DNA of 64,000 nucleotides from the human T2T-CHM13v2.0 reference genome, Homo sapiens, in NCBI RefSeq assembly GCF_009914755.1, contig NC_060925.1; one strand, written 5' to 3'. The first letter of the stretch is position 1. Each line of letters opens with the position of its first letter. Under the pieces are notes generated by a model that saw only the letters and a list, made by a program, of their open reading frames with translations, searched no databases and was not told the DNA's origin. Positions 50,750 to 64,000 of this stretch are shown piece by piece. A program made the position numbers and the translations under genes.

Positions 50750-53389
50750 GGAGAGCATTAACATTTAAAAAGACTAGCAGAGGAGGTCGCGGCGCCGGAG
50801 GCCCCAGAAGGCTCGAAGGCGCCGCGGGCTGGGGTCGGTGGCTTAGGGAGCCCGTCCGGCCATGGTGGCCGCGGGTGGTGGTTGGCGCGGCTGCGCTGCG
50901 GCCCGGGGCAGTGCGGAGCCGGGACAGTCGCGGCGCTGACGCCCGCGGGCCCCAGCTGCAGATATGAAGCGGAGCCGCTGCCGTGACCGACCGCAGCCGC
51001 CGCCGCCCGACCGCCGGGAGGATGGAGTTCAGCGGGCAGCGGAGCTGTCTCAGTCTTTGCCGCCGCGCCGGCGAGCGCCGCCCGGGAGGCAGCGGCTGGA
51101 GGAGCGGACGGGCCCCGCGGGGCCCGAGGGCAAGGAGCAGCCGCCTGCCTTGGCCTCCCAAAGTGCCGAGATTGCAGCCTCTGCCCGGCCGCCACCCCGT
51201 CTGGGAAGTGAGGAGTGTCTCTGCCTGGCCGCCCATCGTCTGGGATGTGAGGAGCCCCTCTGCCTGGCTGCCCAGTCTGGAAAGTGAGGAGCGTCTCCGC
51301 CCGGCCGCCATCCCATCTAGGAAGTGAGGAGCGCCTCTTCCCAGCCGCCATCACATCTAGGAAGTGAGGAGCGTCTCTGCCCGGCCGCCCATCGTCTGAG
51401 ATGTGGGGAGCGCCTCTGCCCCGCCGCCCCATCTGGGATGTGAGGAGCGCCTCTGCCCGGCCGAGACCCCGTCTGGGAGGTGAGGAGCGTCTCTGCCCGG
51501 CCGCCCCGTCTGAGAAGTGAGGAGACCCTCTGCCTGGCAACCACCCCGTCTGAGAAGTGAGGAGCCCCTCCGCCCGGCAGCTGCCCCGTCTGAGAAGTGA
51601 GGAGCCTCTCCGCCCGGCAGCCACCCCATCTGGGAAGTGAGGAGCGTCTCCGCCCGGCAGCCACCCCGTCCGGGAGGGAGGTGGGGGGGGTCAGCCCCCC
51701 GCCCGGCCAGCTGCCCCATCCGGGAGGGAGGTGGGGGGTCAGCCCCCCCGCCCGGCCAGCCGTGCCATCCGGGAGGGAGGTGGAGGGGTCAGCCCCCCGC
51801 CTGGCCAGCCGTGCCGTCCGGGAGGGAGGTGGGGGGTCAGCCCCCCGCCCGGCCAGCCGCCCCGTCCGGGAGGTGAGGGGCGCCTCTGCCCGGCCGCCCA
51901 TACTGGGAAGTGAGGAGCCCCTCAGCCCGGCCAGCCACCCCGTCCGGGAGGGAGATGGGGGGGTCAGCCCCCCCACCCGGCCAGCCGCCCCGTCCGGGAG
52001 GGAGGTAGGGGGGTCAGCCCCCCGCCTGGCCAGCCGCCCCGTCCGGGAGGGAGGTGGGGGGGTCAGCCCTCCGCCCGGCCAGCCGCCCCGTCTGGGAGGT
52101 GAGGGGCGCCTCTGCCCAGCCGCCCCTACTGGGAAGTGAGGAGCCCCTCTGCCCGGCCAGCCGCCCCGTCCGGGAGGGAGGTGGGGGGGTCAGCCCCCCG
52201 CCCAGCCAGCCGCCCTGTCCGGGAGGGAGGTGGGGGGGTCGGCCCCCCGCCCGGCCAGCCGCCCCGTCCGGGAGGGAGGTGGGGGGGTCGGCCCCCCGCC
52301 CGGCCAGCCGCCCCGTCCGGGAGGGAGGTGGGGGGGTCGGCCCCCCGCCCGGCCAGCCGCCCCGTCCGGGAGGGAGGTGGGGGGGGGTCGGCCCCCCTGC
52401 CTGGCCAGCCGCCCCGTCCGGGAGGTGAGGGGCGCCTCTGCCCGGCCGCCCCTACTGGGAAGTGAGGAGCCCCTCTGCCCGGCCAGCCGCCCCGTCCGGG
52501 AGGGAGGTGGGGGGGTCAGCCCCCCGCCCGGCCAGCCGCCCCGTCCGGGAGGGAGGTGGGGGGGGTCAGCCCCCCCGCCCAGCCAGCCGCCCTGTCCGGG
52601 AGGTGAGGGGCGCCTCTGCCCGGCCGCCCCTACTGGGAAGTGAGGAGCCCCTCTGCCCGGCCAGCCGCCCCGTCCGGGAGGGAGGTGGGGGGGTCGGCCC
52701 CCCGCCCGGCCAGCCGCCCCGTCCGGGAGGGAGGTGGGGGGGGGTCGGCCCCCCTGTCTGGCCAGCCGCCCCGTCCGGGAGGTGAGGGGCGCCTCTGCCC
52801 GGCCGCCCCTACTGGAAAGTGAGGAGCCCCTCTGCCCGGCCACCACCCCGTCTGGGAGGTGTGCCCAACAGCTCATTGAGAACGGGCCAGGATGACAATG
52901 GCGGCTTTGTGGAATAGAAAGGCGGGAAAGGTGGGGAAAAGATTGAGAAATCCGATGGTTGCCGTGTCTGTGTAGAAAGAAGTAGACATGGGAGACTTTT
53001 CATTTTGTTCTGCACTAAGAAAAATTCCTCTGCCTTGGGATCCTGTTGATCTGTGACCTTACCCCCAACCCTGTGCTCTCTGAAACATGTGCTGTGTCCA
53101 CTCAGGGTTAAATGGATTAAGGGCGGTGCAAGATGTGCTTTGTTAAACAGATGCTTGAAGGCAGCATGCTCGTTAAGAGTCATCACCAATCCCTAATCTC
53201 AAGTAATCAGGGACACAAACACTGCGGAAGGCCGCAGGGTCCTCTGCCTAGGAAAACCAGAGACCTTTGTTCACTTGTTTATCTGCTGACCTTCCCTCCA
53301 CTATTGTCCCATGACCCTGCCAAATCCCCCTCTGTGAGAAACACCCAAGAATTATCAATAAAAAAATAAATTAAAAAAAAAAAAAAAAA
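50750..53389 (+). mobile_element. SVA_F1 (MAST2-SVA) retrotransposon, full length
   Basis: MAST2 exon 1 replaces the hexamer/5' Alu-like region; Alu-like remnant from 51141, GC-rich VNTR ~51200-52860, SINE-R ~52860-53360, AATAAA 53357-53362, polyA tail; candidate TSD aagaatag at 50742-50749 and 53388-53395. Confidence 0.96.
50777..51140 (+). pseudogene. Captured MAST2 exon 1 copy (5' UTR + first 59 codons) within SVA_F1
   Basis: ORF from 50964 reads MKRSRCRDRPQPPPPDRREDGVQRAAELSQSLPPRRRAPPGRQRLEERTGPAGPEGKEQ (MAST2 N-terminus), joined at ...GAGCAG| to SVA sequence. Confidence 0.93.
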
Positions 53390-54637
53390 GAATAGATGCT
53401 GGGGAACAATTAGCTGTGTGCAACAGAGTTTACCTTTTGGAAAGATCTCTTGGGGGAAGGGTGGAGAAAGGGCTGGATGGTAACAGATCACAGCCAAAGA
53501 AATAACCTGAACCAAGGCAGAGACATCCGGGATGGAGAGAAGTGGCAGAAGGCTTATGAGATATGGAAGTTGAATGGACAGGATGTGTGACTAATTGGCT
53601 ATACTTCTAATTAACTGTACTTATCATAGCCTGTATTTATGCGATTAACTATTTAATATCTACGTTTCAGGACGGGCTCACACCTGTAATCCCAGCACTT
53701 TGGGAGGCTGAGGCGGGCAGATCACGAGGTCAGGAGATAGAGACCATCCTGGCCAACATGGTGAAACCCCGTTTCCACTAAAAATACAAAAATTAGCTGG
53801 GTTGGTGGTGTGTGCCTGTAATCCCAACTATTCGGGAGGCTGAGCCCCAAGAATCACTTGAACCCAGGAGGCGGAGGTTGCTGTGAGCCAAGATAATGCT
53901 ACTGTACTCCAGCCTGGCGATAGAGCGAGACTCCATCTCAAAACAAACAAACAAACAAAAAAAACAAAAAAAGGCTAGGCGCAGCGGCTCACGCCTGTAA
54001 TCCCAACATTTCGGGAGGCTGAGATGGGCGGATCACAAGGTCAGGAGTTTGAAATCAGCCTGGCCAACACAGTGAAACCTCATTTCTACTAAAAAAATAC
54101 AAAAATATTAGCTGGACATGGTGGCGGGTGCCTTTCATCCCAGCTACTTGGGAGACTGAGGCAAGGTGAATTGCTTGAACCTGGGAGGTGGAGGATGCAG
54201 TGAGCCAAGATTGCGCCACTGCGCTCCAGCCCAAGCAACAGTGCAAGACTCTGTCTCAGAAAAAAAAAAATCTCCCTCTCCAGGAGGATTATAAGCTCCA
54301 TGAAGACAGAGATTGAGTCTGTTTTGCTTATCACAGCATCCCAGGGCCAGTGCCAAATACAGTGCCTGGCATACAATAAGTGCTTATGTGTGAGCGAATG
54401 AATGAGATAAAAGAGGAGCAGCCAAGGACAATAACAACAATAACTCTGGGGACAAGTTTGATTGAGAAAAATCAAAATCTTAAAGTAAACGTCAAACAAA
54501 AAAAAATTTTTTTTTTTTGAGACAGGGTCTTACCCTATTGACCAGGCTAGAGGGCAGTGGCACGATCACAGCTCACTTCAGCCTCGACCTCTCCAAGTAG
54601 CTGGGACTATACTACAGGTGGGTGCCACCACCTCTAG

Positions 54638-54775
<138 letters not shown>

Positions 54776-55729
54776 TGAGTAGCTGGATTACAGGTGCATG
54801 CCACCACACCCAGCTAATTTTTGTATTTTTAGTAGAGATGGGGTTTTGCCATGTTGGCCAGGCTGGTCTTGAACTCCTGACCTCAGGTAATCCACCCACC
54901 TCAGCCTCCCAAAGTGTTGGGATTACAGGCATAAACCACAGCACCTGGCCTAACAGTTATTTTTAAAAATAATTTCTACCAACTGTAATCTGTCATCCCC
55001 TTTCCTGACGGACATTTGGCCCCCTTGATGACATCTCCAGCTGGTTCCAAAACTTTTCAGTCGTTTTTAGTTATTAATGCAGTCTCTTGTTTCAGCCATT
55101 AACTTGGTCTTTCCATTTTCGAAGGTCAGTCTCCTTTGGGACTCACAGTCCAGCAGGCAGGCCTATGGCATGGAGGGGAGATGGGTCTGCTCTCTCTTGT
55201 CTGCCCTCTGGTGGGGAGAAACAAGAAGGAAAAAAAGGACTTGTTTCCTTAGATGTCCCCTGCTGGCCCTTGGCTGACCTCTTCTTCGCTTCTCGCGAGG
55301 TGTCTGTGTTCCTGTCCTCTCAGACATCACAGCTGCTCAGCTCCTTATCTGTAGACACGGGGTGATGGAGTAGCACGCTGCAAAAGGGCTTGGTGCCTAG
55401 TTGCTCTCCTCTGCTGGTGGCCTCTGGCTCACCCTTCACAGTGCACCTCTTTGCCCCCCGCAGGCCTGCTGCCCCATCACATCTACCCTCTGCAGCCCCA
55501 GCCTGGGGCCTGTGGACACAGGCCTGTCTCAGAAAAAATCTCAGAATCCATCTTTCTGCCACTCCTTGCCACCTGATCACATCCTTGGCCTTCCCTCTCC
55601 ATGCCCTTTCCCCTATTTCGTAGCACCAGGACAGGTTGGCAAGTGTAGTTGCTCAGCAAACATCATCAGGGAAGGAGAAGTCAGATGCCCTCTGGTGGCA
55701 CCGCACACCTGATGAATGATTCTTTTGGC

Positions 55730-57145
55730 TCTGTTCCAGTTAGCTACTGTCCTAGTTAGCTCTGTTCCAGTTAGCTTGTGTAACTAACGGATCAGCCTCA
55801 ACTTCGAGGTATAACACAATCACCATTTCATCATGGTCATGGAATCTGTGGGTCAGGAGTTTCACAAGGCACAGTGGGGATGACTGGTCTCTGCTTACGG
55901 TAGGTGGCCTCCAAGATGGCTCTCAAAGTCCCCTCCCCCCTGGTATTCACCCCCTTGTGTAGTCCCCTGCCACACCATATCAGTTGGTCTGTGTGACCAA
56001 TAGAACATAGCAGAAGTGATAGTATGTCGCTTTTGAAGCTAGGTTGTGGAAGATAGTGTGAGGCTGGGCGCGGTATCTTACACTTATAATCCCAGCACTT
56101 GGGGAGGCCAAGGTAGAAGGATCGCTTCTACTTGATTGAGAAAAGCCAGGAGTTTGAGACCAGTCTGGGCAACATAGGGAGACCCTGTATCTACAAAAAA
56201 ATTTTTAAAAATTAGCCGGTGCAGAACGAGACTCCGTCTCAAAAAAAAAAAAAAATTAGCCGGTGCAATGACTCACACCTGTAGTCGCAGCTAGTTGGGA
56301 GGCTGAGGCAGGAGGATTGCTTGAACACAGGAGGTAGAGGCTGTAGTGATCTGTGATTGTGCCACTCTGCACTCTAGCCTGGGTGACAGTGCAAGACTCT
56401 GTCTCAGAAAAAAAAAAAAAAGAAGATATTGTGGCTTCTGCCTCTCTGTCTCTTGGATCACTCCCTTGGGGAAGCCAGGTGCCGTGTTGTGAGGCCAGCT
56501 GCCTCTATGGAGAGGCCCACCTGGAGAGGAACTGAGGCTTCCTGCCAATGGCCACATGAATGAGCTTGGAAATGGATCCTCTGGCCCCAGAGAAAGTAGA
56601 TGACTGCAGCCCTGCCGACAGCTTAACTGCAATTTCATGAGAGACCTCGAATCAGAATCACCCAGATATGCTACTCTTGGATTCCTGACTATCAGAAACT
56701 GTGTGAGATGATAAATATTTATTGTTTTAAGCTGTTACATTCTGGGGGTAACTTGCCATGCAACAGTGCATAACTAATACACTGCGCCATGATGTCTGGG
56801 ACCTTAGCTGGGAAGACTCAAATGGCTGGGGGCTGGAATCACCTGGAGGTTGCTTCACTCACATGACCAGTGCCTGAGCTGGGACTGTCACCTGGAGAAC
56901 CTAAACGTGGCCTCCCCATGTGGCTTGGCTTCTCACAGCATAGCACCTGGGTACCAAAAATGAGTGCCTGTAAACTGAGCTTTCTAAGAGACCAAGGAAG
57001 AAGTTACAAGGTTTCTTTTGGCCTAGCCTGAGAAATGGTGCATTGTAACTTCTGCTGCATTCTCTGGGTTAGTAGCAGTCACCAAGGCCAGGAGGAGAAT
57101 TTGACTGGTCCCCTTGACAAAGTAAAAAGGTCATATTGCAAAACC
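55730..57145. mobile_element. Nested MLT1 LTRs (plus-strand MLT1D/E-like ~55900-56781 inside a minus-strand MLT1) with an AluJ at 56062-56422
   Basis: MLT1 motifs such as aaactgtgtgagatgataaatatttattgttttaagctg...ataactaataca; flanking reverse MLT1 motifs. Confidence 0.6.
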
Positions 57146-57355
57146 TGTCTTGGGGGAATTGCCTGCCCTACCCTGAGGGAGACAGGGACAGATGGCTTCG
57201 TTTCACAAGCCCTGCATAGCTCCTGCATAGAACAGCACTACATAGTGCTAGTTCTGCTGAAATAGCACTTCCTATCAACCCTTCAGGGGAGCTTCTGAGC
57301 TTGGAAGGTGGAGCATTTCTCAGCTTTTGTTCTCATTTGTGGACTCTGGCGCTAA

Positions 57356-57538
<183 letters not shown>

Positions 57539-57653
57539 TAAAAATATTTTTAGTAGAGACAGGGTTTCACCGTGTTAGCCAGGATGGTCTCGATCTCCTG
57601 ACCTCGTGATCCGCCCGCCTCGGCCTCCCAAAGTGCTGGGATTACAGGCGTGA

Positions 57654-58091
<438 letters not shown>

Positions 58092-58939
58092 TAGCCCTTT
58101 ACCTACCCTGCTAGCTGGAATTATGGCCCTGTTTTACAGAGGAGGAAGTAATCTGGCCAAGGCCACACAACCAGAGGGTGGTAAAGCAGGAACTCAGTGC
58201 CAGCTCTGACCCCTAAGTCTATGCTTTAGGGCTTCTGGGATTCCAGAAAGCCTGCAGGTGTTGGAGCCTCAACCCTCATATCCTCATGGCCCTGCTGAGG
58301 GTGGGGCCAGTGTGAGCAGCATGAGAGGGTGGGGCTGGAGGGGGCAGGGGCTTCAAACTCTGCCAGACGGTTGGGTCTAGTTGTCAGGTGCACCCTCTGG
58401 GTGAAAGGGGAAGAGAAACAAGTGAGAGAAAATCGATTTTTACTTTCTTTTCAGGCCCGTCCCCAGTTGGTGAGTTTTCCAGTGGCCGGAAGACCGAGCC
58501 CTAGAGTAACAGCTGTGGACTCACTGCCCACTCTGTGTTTATTGGGCTGGAACCCCCTCTCTGTCCTGGAACTTCTGGTTGGAGAGCCCTCTGAGCTCAT
58601 GGGGCCTGTGAATGGTGGGTCTTGGAGTGATTTCCAGCCCCAGTGATCAGGTGTCCTGTCAGTGCCCCTCAACTCCCTGCAGTCCCCTACTTCCCATCAA
58701 GCCAACTCCCAAATTCCAGGATGTGACAGTTCCCAGGTCTACTGCCTTCCAGGCACTGAGCTCATGTTGGGGACCCAGAAATAAATGAGATACATACAAC
58801 CTCTGTCCTTGAGTTGGTCACAGTCTAGTAGGTCACAGTCTAGTAGAAGTAGAAATGAAGAGTTAACTGCCAGATGTCATGTTACAGGGCACATTTAATA
58901 AGGGTGAGAACCACACAAAGGTGGGAGTGCCTAACTTAA

Positions 58940-59590
<651 letters not shown>

Positions 59591-59591
59591 A

Positions 59592-60702
<1,111 letters not shown>

Positions 60703-61027
60703 AATATTTCAATAAAAGAAACATGTAGGGAAAAATATTCTAAGTGCTCCTGGCCCAGATGGCTTTCCCAGGGACTTTCAAGTGCTTTCTATGACTCAGA
60801 CTTCTGGGCTCAGCCTCTATGCTGGGGAGATGATGGCCTTAGGGAACTCTGTCTAGACAATAGGAACTGGTGTCTCCAAAATAGCCGCAGACACCGCCCA
60901 CCAAACCAGCCCCACAGCAGCTGCACACAGGGCTCAGGCCCACACTTACTATGCAGAGAGGACTCCAGAAATGCTCCCTGACCATGTGGCCACAGCTGCA
61001 GCAGGAATCCACTCAGGGCTCAGATGC

Positions 61028-61453
61028 TGCCATGGTTTGAATGTTTGTCCCCTCCAAAACTCGTGTTAAGGTTAGTCCCCAGTGTGGCAGTATTGAGAGG
61101 TGGGACCTTTGACAGGTGATTGGGTCATGAGGCCTCTGCCCTAATGAATGGATTAATTCATTCATGGATTAATGGATTGATGGAGTAATGGGTTATCAGG
61201 AAATGGAACTGGTGGCTTCATAAGAAAAGGAAGAGATACCTGAGCTGGCTTGCTCAGCCCCCTCATCATGTGATGCCCTGTACCATATTGAGACTCTGCA
61301 GAGAGTCCCCACCAGCAGAAAGGTCCTCATCAGATGCAGCTCCTCCACCTTGGACTTAACAGCCTCCATAACTCTAAGAAATAAATTCCTTTCCTTTATA
61401 AATTACCCAGGTTCAGGGATTCTGTTATAAGCAACAGAAAATGGATTAAGACA
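61028..61453 (+). mobile_element. MST (MaLR) solo LTR
   Basis: tgccatggtttgaatgtttgtcccctccaaaactc ... ataagcaacagaaaatggattaagaca; 5-bp TSD gatgc/ggtgc. Confidence 0.85.
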
Positions 61454-63044
61454 GGTGCTAATAACAGCTGCTATTTTTGGAACTTTCTGTGTCCCAGGTA
61501 ATAGGCAAAGTGCTTTGCATGCATCTTTTTATTTGCTCCTTCCAACAACCCTCTGGAGAAGATATTATTAAACCTATCTTACAGTGGAGAAAACTGAGAC
61601 TCAGAAAGCTGAAGCAAGTTGGCAGGGTCATAGAACTACTAAGTGATGTGGCAGCTTTAGATAGAAATCCAGATTTGTCTAGTTCTCAAACCCAGAGGCA
61701 GGGAAGCAGTAACCATAGACTTGAAAACACTTTTTTCATCTATTCCCTGTGATGCTTTTCATGGGAGAATGAGCCACACATTCTGCTATCAGGGAAAAGT
61801 CCACAAATCTCAACCCAGACTCCCTAGGTCAATGTATAAAGGTATTAGACTGGCAGATGCTATCAGAGTCACCAAGAGTCTCAGAGATCATGGGAATCTC
61901 AGAGTGGGGAACTGAGACCCAAAGAGGGAAGTGGGTCCTTTCTAAGGACTCCCTGCCCAGTGTTTTTGCACCACTTTGCCCTGCCCCTTGCCATATGAGA
62001 TGGAAATAGTTGCCATGTGGGAGAAACATTAGGGCAAAGAGTGGTTTTGGAGTGGGGAAAGCAGTGAAAAAGGGATATCAGGCTGGGAGCAGTGGCACAC
62101 ACCTGTAATCCCAGCACTTTCAGAGGCCGAGGCGGGCAGATCACAAGGTCAGGGGTTCAAGACCAGCCTGGCCAACATGGTGAAACCCCATCTCTACTAA
62201 AAAAATACAAAAATTATTAGCCAGGCGTGGTGGCACATGCCTGTAATTCCAGCTACCTGGGAGGCTGAGGCAGGAGAATAAGCGAATCCATTGGCATTTT
62301 TTTCCTGGCTAGAATTCATTCCCCCTTTTCATGTTACAACACCCCACTTTTCTACTAGAGAACCATACCTTCCCCGCTCTCATTCCATATGGTAAGAATG
62401 GGGCTGATCTCATCTTGGGCAAGGGGCTGAAGCCCCAGGTCTGGCCAATCAGAGATGTGCACATCAAGGAACCTGGCCTAGGAGGCAGTGGCTGGGGTTC
62501 AGGGTAGATTGGAGGATAAGGGTGTGTGTGGGGGGTTGCTGAGAGCCACTTGAACCCAGGAGGTGGAGGTTTAGGTGAGCCAAGATTGCACCATTGCACT
62601 CCAGCCTGGGCAACAAGAGTGAAACTCCGTCTCAAAAAAAAACACCCAAAAAGCAAAAATTAGCTGGGAATGGTGGCATGTGCCTGTAACCCCAGCTACT
62701 CAGGAGGCTGCGGAAGAAAAATTGCTTGAACCCAGGAGGTGGACGTTGCAGTGAGCCAAGATTGCACCATTGCACTCCAGCCTGGGCAACAGAGGGAGAT
62801 TCTGTCTCAAAAAGAAAAAAGAAACATCAGAGGTAACAATGGCAAAATTGAGAGCTCATAATTTTGTTTTGGGTCAACCCCACAATGGCTAGAGGCTACA
62901 TAAAGCAGTGTCATAGATGGGCCCATTGAGAACCTAGGCAGCCCGAGAGGATGTCACAGAAGAGCTCTGAGAGCAGTAGCTGACCCATGATAGGGTCTGA
63001 TGAAAGCACCATGCCACTTACTCGCTATGACCCTGGGTTACCCC

Positions 63045-63408
63045 ATTTATTTATTCATTCAATAGGTATTTATGGACCATCTGCTGTGTGCCAAGCACTG
63101 CTTTAAGGGCTTGGGATATATCAGTAAACAAAAAGTTCAAAGATTCCTGTCCTTAGGGAGCTTAAATTACAAACAGATTTAACCTATAAATTTTAAAGTA
63201 TCCTAGAAAGTGAAAGGTGTTGTCGAAGAAGAAAAAGTAGAGAGTGGTAAGAGGATTAAGAGTGACAGCAGTGCACAGAAAGGCAGGTTGAAATTTTAAA
63301 GGGGTGATTGGGTAGGCCTCCTTGAGAAGGTGACATTTGAACAAAGACTTGCAGGAAGTGAGGGTGTGCTTTGTGCAGAGTGAGCCATGGGAATATCTGG
63401 AGGAAACA
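63045..63408 (+). mobile_element. L2 fragment preceding the LTR5
   Basis: ttattcattcaataggtatttatggaccatctgctgtgtgccaagcactg...gagaaggtgacatttgaacaaagacttg. Confidence 0.65.
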
Positions 63409-64000
63409 TGTGAGGAAAAGAAAGAGAGATCAGACTGTTACTGTGTCTATGTAGAAAGAAGTAGACATAAGAGACTCCATTTTGTTCTGTACTAAGAAAA
63501 ATTCTTCTGCCTTGAGATGCTGTTAATCTGTAACCCTACCCCCAACCCTGTGCTCGCAGAGACATGTGCTGTGTTGACTCAAGGTTTAATGGATTTAGGG
63601 CTATGCAGGATGTGCTTTGTTAAACAAGTGCTTGAAGGCAGTATGCTTGTTAAAAGTCATCACCACTCTCTAATCTCAAGTACCCAAGGACACAATACAC
63701 TGCAGAAGGCTGCAAGGACCTCTGCCTAGGAAAGCCAGGTATTGTCCAAGGTTTCTCCCCATGTGATAGTCTGAGAGATGGCCTCGTAAGAAGGGAAAGA
63801 CCTGACTGTCCCCCAGCCCAACACCCATAAAAGGTCTGTGCTGAGGAGGATTAGTAAACGAGGAAGGCCTCTTTGCAGTTGAGATAAGAGGAAGGCATCT
63901 GTCTCCTGCTCATCCCTGGGTAATGGAATGTCTCGGTGTAAAACCCGATTGTATGTTTCATCTACTGAGATAACAGAAAAACCTCCTTAAGGCTGGAGGT
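63409..64000 (+). mobile_element. HERV-K(HML-2) LTR5A/LTR5B-type LTR, 5' part, runs off the window
   Basis: Starts TGTGAGGAAAAGAAAGAGAGATCAGACTGTTACTGTGTCTATGTAGAAAG; variants fit older LTR5A/B rather than LTR5_Hs; inserted in an L2. Confidence 0.9.

Larger units (their letters stand above)
50295..53420 (-). mobile_element. Ancient MLT1 (MaLR) LTR fragment that hosts the SVA_F1
   Basis: ggctctattactaaaggaagaatag on the left and atagatgctggggaacaattagc on the right continue an MLT1J/K-like reverse sequence. Confidence 0.55.

Noticed and set aside
50964-51140. Calling this the MAST2 gene
   Set aside because: The exon is fused directly to SVA sequence with no GT donor and no further MAST2 exons; it is a retrotransposed copy
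51200-52860. Repeat-spacer-like periodicity suggestive of a CRISPR array
   Set aside because: Human DNA; the units are SVA VNTR repeats with no unique spacers and no cas genes
50709-52876. Long ORFs (200-288 aa) on both strands over the SVA
   Set aside because: GC-rich VNTR lacks stop codons; the translations are repetitive and match no protein family I recognise
55729-55776. Short imperfect repeat gctctgttccagttagct
   Set aside because: Local slippage duplication at an MLT1 edge; no sign of function

Overview
Human (primate) genomic DNA, dense in Alus, containing the complete adenylate kinase 2 gene (AK2) on the minus strand. It has a CpG-island promoter at ~36.4-36.95 kb and six coding exons giving the 239-aa isoform A. 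An internal exon-6 donor splices to exon 7 for the 232-aa isoform B, and several polyadenylation signals run down to ~7.8 kb. Upstream of AK2 lie an LTR15-like solo LTR, a full SVA_F1 carrying captured MAST2 exon 1 (50.75-53.4 kb), MaLR/Tigger/hAT fossils, and the start of an HERV-K(HML-2) LTR5A/B at the window end. A 7SL pseudogene split by an Alu sits in intron 1. I found no convincingly new gene system. The most interesting unexplained structures are a recursive-splice-type AG|GTGAGT site at the start of AK2 exon 3, a probable second-layer 5' transduction on the SVA_F1, two Alus interrupted by templated copies of older DNA (one with its donor 2 kb away), a 17-nt Alu-tail micro-insertion with a perfect TSD, and an alternative exon-7 acceptor that would open a 63-aa C-terminal extension. 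Repeat subfamily names are from memory of consensus sequences and repeat boundaries are approximate.
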